14,451 nt of DNA from an uncultured archaeon (GTDB lineage: Archaea; Iainarchaeota; Iainarchaeia; Iainarchaeales; DTGL01). The first letter of the stretch is position 1, and each line of letters starts with the position of its first letter. The DNA lies in contig CAZKED010000026.1 of the NCBI GenBank assembly GCA_964551725.1, positions 1 through 14,451 of the forward strand. The letters run 5' to 3'. This document shows positions 7,107-14,325 of the stretch, in pieces. The position numbers and the translations under genes are program-made. Below the pieces are notes generated by a model. That model made no database searches. It saw only the letters and a program-made list of their open reading frames with translations, and was not told where the DNA came from.

Positions 7107-9905
7107 TCAGGCAGTCTCCAGTTTAATGTACTGCGTGGTTGTCCCGTAAAGCGGGTCGTACAAGAACAGCGTGCTTTCAGTCACAGTGAAAGTGTAATTG
7201 AACGTTCCGTACACGCTGCTCAGCGTCAGAGTGCTTCCTTTCACTGCGTATGTTCCGGAAACAAACAGTACGCCGGACATGTAGGACTGGTAGGTGCTGT
7301 CGGCATTGAAGTAAACCGTTTCGTCAACCATTGAATTGTACCATGTTCCTGCCACAGGGTTCTGCTGTCCGCTGGATTTGGAAAAGGAAAGGGTTGAACC
7401 CTGCGAATCGGTTAGGGAAAGCGTTTCCCCGGAAATATTGTAAGAGTATTCAGTTTCTTTTCCTTCGCTGTTCAAATAAAGTTTTCCGTTTTCTGTTGAA
7501 AACGTTCCCGCAATGGTTTTGCCGTTTATTTCCCAGACATAGCTCCTGTTTTCCAGGAATTCAATGCTGCCCGTGGAACTGAACCATTTTCCTGTCAGGG
7601 CTGCATCGATTTCCTCTTCCTCTTTCTCTATTCCGTTCCTCCACATTACATACTTTTGCCCTTCGAACATTTCCGTCAGCGTCAGCCTGTTTTCCGTTGC
7701 CTCGACCATGAAGACCGCAAAGACCAGCTCATCCGCCTGGATGTAGAAGCTGATTAGCGGCAGACCGTTGTTCCTGAACCAGTAAGTGCATTCGTTCTGG
7801 CTTGAAGCCGTTTTTGAAATGCAGGTTCCGTCCTCCCTTATTTCAAAGCTAATCTGTTCCCCAATCCAGTTCCCGGTTACGTTGTGGACGGAAATTCCCG
7901 GGTTTTCTTCGGGCTGGCCCGCAACGTTCACTGTCGCAATGTCAGTTACGGTATTCCCCAGCAAATCGGAAACAAATATTCCCACCACGTACTGCCCGTC
8001 GGGCAGCAGGAAGATGTCCAATCCCAAGCCGTTTTCGCTTACGGCAATAGAATCCGATTTCATAAGGGAGTATTCCCTTGCCTGCATGTCGTAGTATTCC
8101 ATGTAAGGCGTGAAAATGTCCCCCTCCCGGACCAGGAATTCTTTTTGTGCTGCCGTGTCCTGCGTTTCAATTATGCGCAGCGCATTAAGCAATGATCCCG
8201 TCCTGTAATCGAAAACCAGCACTGCGTCAAATGTTTCTTCTCGCCCTGAGTATTCTCCCTGCACGGCAAAAAAGTAATCCCCCTTTCCGAAGGGCTGTAT
8301 TGGCGCGATTATTTGCTCTTTTCCGTTTGTGATGTACGTTGCCGTTGGCACCCAGGTGTAGTCAATGCTGTTTTCTCCGTCAACGAATTCGGGCAGTTTT
8401 CTGTCTCCCTCGTATTCCCTGTAAACCTGGATTAGGGGATGGGAGCTTAACATGTAAATCGTGTCCCCGTGCACTCTTCCCACGACCCTGAACAGTGAAA
8501 CGAGGTTGTTTCCTGTTGCGGTGCCCTTGATGTTTACGGGGCTGTCAATGTTAGTCGTGGTCGGGGAAACGCTGGTTATTTTCATTGCCGGCTGAATCAC
8601 GTCTGTTTTTTCCGCCCGGATGTATTCTGTTATAAAATCATTCCATCCGGTTTCTTTTGCAAAAGGCGTCTGTGAATAGTTTTCAATATAGAGCGTTTCG
8701 TCCTCGGGAAAATAAACCGTTAAGCCGTTGGCGTAGGGGTGCTCGCTTCCGTAATAATCGGAAATAACCGCTTCCCTCACCGCCTCCTTTAATGCCAGCG
8801 CGGTTTCTTCTATTTCCTGCGAGGCAATTTTTTGCCTTACTATGTCCGAGAAATCAACCAGGTCGTAAATGTTGAACGTTTTTACCACGGCAAGCCCTTC
8901 AGGGGTAGCGAAAGATTCGGAGAAGTAGAGGCTTTCCCCTATTTCCTGCCAGTCCTCTTCCACGTTTTTTTCCAGTGCGTTTGCAAATGCGTCCAGGGAC
9001 GTTTTCACTCCGCCTATTTTTTCCAGGTCGATTGCGGTCATTGTGGTGAAAGGGTTCGGAATTTTTTCGGAGTAAAAGTTTTCGAACGCTTCAACTGTTT
9101 TTATTGCCAGTTCTTTTTCGTCAAATCCGGGCTCTTTGTTCAATTCGGTCAGTATGGCGGAGTAATCCCCACCGAAAAAGGGAACCACGTCTTCGGAGGC
9201 AACCATTACCTTTGCGTAAGGTGCAACCGCGTAAGCCACGTCAACCTGCCCCATGAGGCACTGGTCGAATACGAGCAAGTCAAGCTTTTCTTTTTCCAGG
9301 CCGGCTTTGCTGAAAGCGTCCCTCAGGGAATCCAGATCAGAATGGCTTTTGCTTGTTTTGTCCTCGGTGTGCATTGTCCAGCCTCCCCCGTGGTCCCATA
9401 AAAACAGGGCGTATTTTTCCGCCGGATAATTCTGCATGCCCCATTCAATGAATTCGGCCAGTGTTCCCGCTTCTGCCATGTTCAACTCCCCCAAATCCGC
9501 CAGTTCTTCCGAGGCAATTTTTCCCTCCTCTTCGTCCTTTTTAACCAGGAACCTTTTTGTTCCCGTCCAGTCGCCATTGCTCTGGTCGAAGCCCTCTATT
9601 CTGTCCCACTGTACCAAGACTTTCACGCTTTCCGTCGAGCCGATTTTTTCCATTTCGTCAACGTCCATCACTGATGCCTGCTCCAGGTCGTTGTCCGCGT
9701 CCAGGTAAACCATCAGCGTCCATTCCGATTTAGGAAGGGAAGGCGATTCAAGAGGTGCTGCAGGGCCTCCAGGCGTCGGGGAGATTCCTGCCGGCGTTGG
9801 AAGAATGCCGCCAGCCCCATTGTCTTCCTCGGGCTCGGGGCAGCCCGAAAAAAGAAGCAAAACCAGCGCGGCAAGAAAAACCAGTACAATAAGTTTTAAT
9901 TTCAT
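7107..9905 (-). CDS. Clostripain-family (peptidase C11) cysteine peptidase, predicted lipoprotein, with three C-terminal lipocalin-like repeats
   Basis: WTLMVYLDADNDLE, catalytic His in WDHGGG, catalytic Cys in FDQCLMG, MVASED, GLTVYFP. Lipobox-like LLFSG-C and Pro-rich linker. C-terminal G-x-W repeats (VTGNW, LTGKW, VAGTW). Confidence 0.9.
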   Translation of the reverse strand: MKLKLIVLVFLAALVLLLFSGCPEPEEDNGAGGILPTPAGISPTPGGPAAPLESPSLPKSEWTLMVYLDADNDLEQASVMDVDEMEKIGSTESVKVLVQWDRIEGFDQSNGDWTGTKRFLVKKDEEEGKIASEELADLGELNMAEAGTLAEFIEWGMQNYPAEKYALFLWDHGGGWTMHTEDKTSKSHSDLDSLRDAFSKAGLEKEKLDLLVFDQCLMGQVDVAYAVAPYAKVMVASEDVVPFFGGDYSAILTELNKEPGFDEKELAIKTVEAFENFYSEKIPNPFTTMTAIDLEKIGGVKTSLDAFANALEKNVEEDWQEIGESLYFSESFATPEGLAVVKTFNIYDLVDFSDIVRQKIASQEIEETALALKEAVREAVISDYYGSEHPYANGLTVYFPEDETLYIENYSQTPFAKETGWNDFITEYIRAEKTDVIQPAMKITSVSPTTTNIDSPVNIKGTATGNNLVSLFRVVGRVHGDTIYMLSSHPLIQVYREYEGDRKLPEFVDGENSIDYTWVPTATYITNGKEQIIAPIQPFGKGDYFFAVQGEYSGREETFDAVLVFDYRTGSLLNALRIIETQDTAAQKEFLVREGDIFTPYMEYYDMQAREYSLMKSDSIAVSENGLGLDIFLLPDGQYVVGIFVSDLLGNTVTDIATVNVAGQPEENPGISVHNVTGNWIGEQISFEIREDGTCISKTASSQNECTYWFRNNGLPLISFYIQADELVFAVFMVEATENRLTLTEMFEGQKYVMWRNGIEKEEEEIDAALTGKWFSSTGSIEFLENRSYVWEINGKTIAGTFSTENGKLYLNSEGKETEYSYNISGETLSLTDSQGSTLSFSKSSGQQNPVAGTWYNSMVDETVYFNADSTYQSYMSGVLFVSGTYAVKGSTLTLSSVYGTFNYTFTVTESTLFLYDPLYGTTTQYIKLETA

Positions 9906-9944
9906 GCCTAATTATAGTCCAATGTCATATTTATTTTTAACTTT
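9856..9944 (-). repeat. Direct repeat copy 1: promoter, start codon and signal-peptide codons of the clostripain gene
   Basis: 88/89 identical to 13213-13301; 9867-9944 (78 bp) is an exact match to 13224-13301. Confidence 0.97.
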
Positions 9945-9971
9945 TGGAAACAGATTTCCTCGTTCCGCAAG

Positions 9972-9980
9972 TTTTAAATA
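9972..9980 (+). promoter_or_regulatory. Putative TATA box of the small-protein/GPGGC operon
   Basis: CCGCAAG (BRE-like) followed by TTTTAAATA, about 31 nt before ATG 10012. Confidence 0.55.
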
Positions 9981-10011
9981 AAAGAAAAACCATTATGTTA
10001 GCGGCAGTTCG

Positions 10012-10245
10012 ATGGACAAAAAAAGGAAGCTTTTGGTTATATTCGCGTTTGTTTTCATAATCGCAGTCTTGATTGTCTTTTTTGGGGGAGGACCTTCGGG
10101 CGGGTTTGATTCCTTTTTATCGAAAAGCGTTTTTCCTTCCGTGCCCGCTTTTGGTGAGATGGGTTCCTTTAATGCAATGCCCGACCTGAACTCGCTTTTC
10201 GTGTGGACAACCAATCCTTTCAGGGAAACTCCAGAGGAAGTATAA
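10012..10245 (+). CDS. Small single-pass membrane protein, hypothetical (77 aa)
   Basis: Basic N-terminus (KKRK), one strong hydrophobic helix, Gly/Ser/Pro-rich tail. Fills the gap after a TATA box; its TAA overlaps the next ATG (TAATG). Confidence 0.75.
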   Translation: MDKKRKLLVIFAFVFIIAVLIVFFGGGPSGGFDSFLSKSVFPSVPAFGEMGSFNAMPDLNSLFVWTTNPFRETPEEV

Positions 10246-11405
10246 TGGCGGAAAAAATCTTTAAGCTGGTAGCACTGCCTTTTCTGGCGTTATTTTTATT
10301 ATTTGCTTTTGCGGTTTCCTTGGGAGGAGTGGAGTATCCTGTGAAAGAACTCGGCAATTGCGCTTCCCAGGCAGAATGCGAAACTTATTGCGACCAACCG
10401 GAAAACATAACAGTATGCATTGGTTTTGCGGAAGAAAAAGGGTTTATCGACAGCCGGCAGGCTGAAGAAGAAAAAAGGATTGCAAATTTAATCATTGAAG
10501 GAAAAACGCCCGGCGGGTGTGCAAACGAGCAGGAATGCAGGTCTTATTGCGGGGAAAGCGGGCATTTTGATGAATGCATTTCTTTTTTTGAAGAAAACGG
10601 ACTATTGTCACGGGAGGAAATTGAAACAATAAAAAAATTCGGCAGTTTTGACTTCAAAGGCCCCGGAGGATGCCTGGGGAAGGAAGAATGCGAGGAATAC
10701 TGCAGAGAGGAAAGTCACTTTAACGAATGCATTCAATTCATGGAAAAATATGATTTGATTTCCCCTGAAGAGATTGAAAATGTGAAAAAGATTGGAAGTT
10801 TTACCGGCCCGGGCGGCTGTGTCATGGACGAATGCGATGGCTTTTGTGAAAAGCCCGAAAATGCTGAAGCATGCATTGAGTTCGCGCATGAGCATGGAAT
10901 GATTTCGGAAGAGGAATACACTATTTTAAAGAAAACGGGCGGAAGAGGTCCCGGCGGCTGCAAGGGAGAAGAAGAATGTGATGCTTATTGCGAAGAGCCA
11001 GAGCATGCGCAGGAATGCCTTGATTTTGCCTGCGAGAACGGAATAATGAGCCAGCAGGAATGCGGGCGAATCCGCAACGAACTGGAAAAAGGAAGAGGAC
11101 CTTTCACTACTGGTCCGGGCGGCTGCAAAAGCGAAGAGGAGTGCGAAGCATATTGTGAGGACCCCGCCCATGCGGAGGAATGCATTGACTTTGCCTGCTC
11201 GAATGGATATATGAGCGAAGAAGAATGCGAAGAGGCAAGGGAAGGACTGAGGCAGGCAGCCGAACAGAGAGAGGCTCCCGTTGGTCCCGGGGGATGCACT
11301 ACAAAAGAAGAATGTGATGCTTACTGCAGCCAGCCCGAACACTACGAGGAATGCCTTGAATACGGCGAAGAGCATGGCTTGAACGGCGGAATGCCAGAGG
11401 GCTAG
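10245..11405 (+). CDS. Secreted or membrane-anchored acidic cysteine-rich repeat protein (7 GPGGC-type repeats), function unknown
   Basis: Start at ATG 10245 (TAATG overlap, GAGG upstream) gives a signal peptide MAEKIFKLVALPFLALFLLFAFAVS. Then seven ~50-aa units with C-x5-C-x3-C-x8-C. Confidence 0.88.
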   Translation: MAEKIFKLVALPFLALFLLFAFAVSLGGVEYPVKELGNCASQAECETYCDQPENITVCIGFAEEKGFIDSRQAEEEKRIANLIIEGKTPGGCANEQECRSYCGESGHFDECISFFEENGLLSREEIETIKKFGSFDFKGPGGCLGKEECEEYCREESHFNECIQFMEKYDLISPEEIENVKKIGSFTGPGGCVMDECDGFCEKPENAEACIEFAHEHGMISEEEYTILKKTGGRGPGGCKGEEECDAYCEEPEHAQECLDFACENGIMSQQECGRIRNELEKGRGPFTTGPGGCKSEEECEAYCEDPAHAEECIDFACSNGYMSEEECEEAREGLRQAAEQREAPVGPGGCTTKEECDAYCSQPEHYEECLEYGEEHGLNGGMPEG

Positions 11406-11444
11406 CTGGCTATGAAAGCCCGTACTGCCTGTGCCGGGAAACCC

Positions 11445-11454
11445 TTTTTATAAA
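11445..11454 (+). promoter_or_regulatory. Putative TATA box of the ICMT-family gene
   Basis: CCGGGAAA upstream, then TTTTTATAAA ending 25 nt before ATG 11480. Confidence 0.6.
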
Positions 11455-11479
11455 CAATTAGGCAAATGGTTACGAGAAA

Positions 11480-12112
11480 ATGGAAAATAACAGCGTGTCT
11501 GATTTGGTGGAGAAACTCCGAAGAGGCGATATTACAATCAGAGGAGCAAAAGCGGAGTTGAGGAAAAGAGGGCTGAGCGAACAGGAATCCTTGAAGTGGT
11601 GGCTTTTAACCGTTGTGGTCTGGGGCGCGTATCTCCTGTGCTGGCTGCTTCCCGTGCTGCCGGATGACCTTAAGCCCGGTTTTTTGCGTTTTTTAAGCGG
11701 AATGCCCGCAATAAGTTTCCCTCCAACAGCAATCTGTTCCTCTGCCGTTTTCCTGGCGTTTGCCACTGCCCTCTTGGTCTGGATGAATGTATTGCACCGC
11801 AGGAAGGGCGGACTGAAAGAAACAGGCGAGACGATAATTTTCTACAAGGAGGGCCCTTTCCTCATCATGAGGCATCCCGGCATATTCGGGTTTATTGCAT
11901 ATTTTGCCCTGCTGCCCGTAATACTCAGCGGATATGTTGGATTCACTTTCCTCACGGCAGTGGGAATCCTGGTCGCGGTCGCATTCCATTATTACATGGC
12001 GTATGCCGAGGAAAGATACAACTTAAAGAAATGGGGCGATGAATACAGGCAGTACATGAAAGAAGTGCCCAGGTTCAACTTCGTGAAAGGCATCTGGAAC
12101 CTGAGAAAATAG
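11480..12112 (+). CDS. Isoprenylcysteine carboxyl methyltransferase (ICMT/PEMT-like) membrane methyltransferase
   Basis: GPFLIMRHPG, AEE...WGDEYRQYMKEVPRF C-terminal signature, about 4 TM helices. Confidence 0.85.
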   Translation: MENNSVSDLVEKLRRGDITIRGAKAELRKRGLSEQESLKWWLLTVVVWGAYLLCWLLPVLPDDLKPGFLRFLSGMPAISFPPTAICSSAVFLAFATALLVWMNVLHRRKGGLKETGETIIFYKEGPFLIMRHPGIFGFIAYFALLPVILSGYVGFTFLTAVGILVAVAFHYYMAYAEERYNLKKWGDEYRQYMKEVPRFNFVKGIWNLRK

Positions 12113-12116
12113 TTCT

Positions 12117-13262
12117 TTACTCTTGCGGTTGGCTGCAATCGATTGAAATAAAGCAGCCCTGCTCGTCCACTTCGAGGCTTTTCGGGTCCGACCCTGTTTT
12201 AATGCATTTCATTGCTTCCTGTATGAATTCTTCGCCTGGCTCCGGGCAGTGTGAGGGCTGGCTCTCCATGATTACCCTCTTCGCCCACTCCAGTTCGCTG
12301 AGGCACTCGTACGAGGTAATGCAGCCGTCCTCGTCCCTTATTTCCTGAACGGTCATTCCCTGTGCAGTGCATGCTTCCCTTTCGTCTTCGCTCATGAAAT
12401 CGGGTTTCGCGCAGTAAACCGGTTCAAGGCACTGAGGATAGAAAGCAGCGCCGGATGAAACCTTTTCAATCCTGTCCAGTTCAACGTCGTTGCTCTTTTC
12501 CATTTGAGGCACGGTTATGGAAACCGTGTAAGGCAGCCCGATTTCATTGTCCAGCGCGGCAAGGCAGTAAATTGTTTCCCCGGAAAAACCTGTTTCGCTT
12601 TTCACGTTAACGCTGAATTCCGTGCAGGGAACAGCGTGCTCTTTTGATTCCCCTTTCTTTACTATTGAAAGGCTGCCTATGAGGTCGCCTGTGTTGCTGC
12701 CGGCGTAATAGATGTCCTTGAGCAGTACAGGAATATCGGATTCCCACGCATTTGAGGAATTGAAGTTTTCCCCGTTCGCGGCGAAAACCGAATTAAGCTG
12801 TGTTATAATGGCGTAATCGGGTCTTTTCGGCTCGGCATCGTCAAAGGCAAGCGCGGATTTTCCTATTCCCCCGGAAGAGGCAAACTCGCCGTTGTCCAAA
12901 TAAAGCGTGAATTTTGCCCAGTACGCCTTTTCAGGGGACTCTCCCTCGCCGTAGGAATTCAGGACGCCGGCAACCGCATTCCTGCCGGAGCACTTTATTT
13001 CCTTTTCGAGGTAGTAAACGACGTACTGGTCAATCTTTTCGTCTTCCTTGTAAAAAGGCATTCTGTAAGAGATTGCGAGAGGAAGTTCAAGCCTCTCTTC
13101 AGGAGTAGGCGTTTCCTCGGGCGAAGGACTGGGCTGGGGAGTGGGGCTCTCCGCTTCCGTGGCTCCGGCCGGAGTTTCTGTGCCCCCGTCCTGCGGCTGC
13201 GGACAACCGCTCAGCAAAACCATCGCGGCAAGAAAAACCAGTACAATAAGTTTTAATTTCAT
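12117..13262 (-). CDS. Predicted lipoprotein of unknown function with two C-terminal 4-Cys modules
   Basis: MKLKLIVLVFLAAMVLLSG-C lipobox-like signal, Pro/Thr/Glu linker, beta-rich middle, two C-x13-C-x15/16-C-x5-C modules. Confidence 0.82.
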   Translation of the reverse strand: MKLKLIVLVFLAAMVLLSGCPQPQDGGTETPAGATEAESPTPQPSPSPEETPTPEERLELPLAISYRMPFYKEDEKIDQYVVYYLEKEIKCSGRNAVAGVLNSYGEGESPEKAYWAKFTLYLDNGEFASSGGIGKSALAFDDAEPKRPDYAIITQLNSVFAANGENFNSSNAWESDIPVLLKDIYYAGSNTGDLIGSLSIVKKGESKEHAVPCTEFSVNVKSETGFSGETIYCLAALDNEIGLPYTVSITVPQMEKSNDVELDRIEKVSSGAAFYPQCLEPVYCAKPDFMSEDEREACTAQGMTVQEIRDEDGCITSYECLSELEWAKRVIMESQPSHCPEPGEEFIQEAMKCIKTGSDPKSLEVDEQGCFISIDCSQPQE

Positions 13263-13301
13263 GCCTAATTATAGTCCAATGTCATATTTATTTTTAACTT
13301 T
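13213..13301 (-). repeat. Direct repeat copy 2: promoter, start codon and signal-peptide codons of the 381-aa lipoprotein gene
   Basis: Matches 9856-9944 with one mismatch (T13223 vs G9866); the offset of 3357 bp equals the distance between the two start codons. Confidence 0.97.
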
Positions 13302-13349
13302 CAGGAATTTCAGGAATATGGCAGCAGGTCTGAGTTTTTTTGGAACTTT

Positions 13350-13383
13350 AAAAAAATAATGAAGGCACAAAAAGTGCCTTTTT
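13350..13383 (-). terminator. Putative terminator after the SIMPL gene
   Basis: AAGGCAC-AAAAA-GTGCCTT hairpin (13362-13380) 7 bp past the stop codon, followed on the minus strand by CATTATTTTTTT. Confidence 0.6.
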
Positions 13384-13387
13384 ATGC

Positions 13388-14251
13388 CTACTGTATTTCG
13401 AACTGCACGCTGACCGTTGCGCTGAATTCTATGTCTCCGGGAGTTATAGGGGTGGGAGCCATTCCCGCTGCATCCTCTGCTTCCACTGCGTACGACCTCG
13501 AATAGTAGGGCACCGAATAGACCGAGCTTTCGCTCGCGCTGTAAACCTGTCCCACGTTCACTCCGAGACCCGAGGCAATGCTCTGCGCTTTTTCGCGTGC
13601 GTTTTCTGCGGCTTCCTTCAGTGCAGCTGTCTTAAGATCTGACTGCGTCTGTTTTGTGAGCGCAAAGCTTACGCTGTCGACCCTGTTGGCTCCCGCACTG
13701 ACCGCTGCATCAACCACGCTGCCTACGCTGTCCAAGTCTCTCACAGTTACCCTGATCGTGTTCGAGGTCTTGTATCCTATTGACTCGGATTTGCGCAGTT
13801 CGTCGTTCCATTCCCATTCCTCTCTCAGATTGTAAGAGCTTGTTTCAATGTCGTCCGAAGGGATTCCCAGTGATTCAAGTGCAGCCATTACCTCGTTTGC
13901 CAGCACAGCGTTGTCGCTTTGGCTCTTGCTCGCGCTTTTGTCAAGGGTTTCAATGCTTAGGGAAATATACGCAATCTCGGGACCAGCGGTCTTTGTCACG
14001 GTTCCCGAAACGGAAATCAAGCGAATGCTGTCTCCCGATTCATCCTCGGCCAGCATGAGAATTCCTTCATCATAGCCTGCCAGAGATGCCTCGCTGACAT
14101 AACTGGGTGATTTTTCAAGATAGGCGGGCAGTTCCACTAACCCTTCTTGGCCGGAATCCTGCGGTCCTGCCAGGAAAAAAACAAAGCCGGACGCGATGAT
14201 TATTGCGGCTGCAATGATTGAAACTGGCAGAATCAAACTATTTTTGTCCAT
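13388..14251 (-). CDS. SIMPL domain protein (DUF541; YggE/BP26-like), N-terminally anchored
   Basis: ISVSGTVT...PEIAYISLSIET, IETSSYNL, GYKTSNTIRVTVRD, AVSAGANRVDSVSF, ALKEAAENAREKAQSIA, PITPG...VSVQFEI; N-terminal TM helix. Confidence 0.93.
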   Translation of the reverse strand: MDKNSLILPVSIIAAAIIIASGFVFFLAGPQDSGQEGLVELPAYLEKSPSYVSEASLAGYDEGILMLAEDESGDSIRLISVSGTVTKTAGPEIAYISLSIETLDKSASKSQSDNAVLANEVMAALESLGIPSDDIETSSYNLREEWEWNDELRKSESIGYKTSNTIRVTVRDLDSVGSVVDAAVSAGANRVDSVSFALTKQTQSDLKTAALKEAAENAREKAQSIASGLGVNVGQVYSASESSVYSVPYYSRSYAVEAEDAAGMAPTPITPGDIEFSATVSVQFEIQ

Positions 14252-14258
14252 TGTTTTT

Positions 14259-14266
14259 TCACCTCC
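14259..14266 (-). promoter_or_regulatory. Shine-Dalgarno site of the SIMPL gene
   Basis: TCACCTCC on + is GGAGGTGA on -, 7 nt before the ATG. A TTATTAA TATA-like box lies further upstream (14291-14297). Confidence 0.85.
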
Positions 14267-14325
14267 CAGGAATAAAAGGACGCATATTTCTTAATAACTC
14301 TTCGCTTTTGTTAGGGAAAGACCTG

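Noticed and set aside
9911-9929. Bacterial sigma70 promoter in the cassette (minus-strand ATGACA...TATAAT)
   Set aside because: The spacing is 7 bp rather than about 17 and the context is archaeal.
10203-10244. GTG 10203 start for the Cys-repeat protein
   Set aside because: It overlaps the 77-aa gene; ATG 10245 gives a clean signal peptide and TAATG coupling.
10245-11405. Multiheme cytochrome or polyferredoxin
   Set aside because: No CxxCH or CxxCxxCxxxC motifs; the spacing is C-x5-C-x3-C-x8-C in an exported protein.
9856-13301. Repeat pair as the template and variable regions of a diversity-generating retroelement
   Set aside because: Only one mismatch, copies lie at gene 5' ends rather than 3' ends, and no reverse transcriptase is in the window.
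9856-13301. Repeat pair as IS ends, CRISPR repeats or prophage att sites
   Set aside because: Two direct copies only; no transposase, integrase, tRNA, spacers or viral genes.
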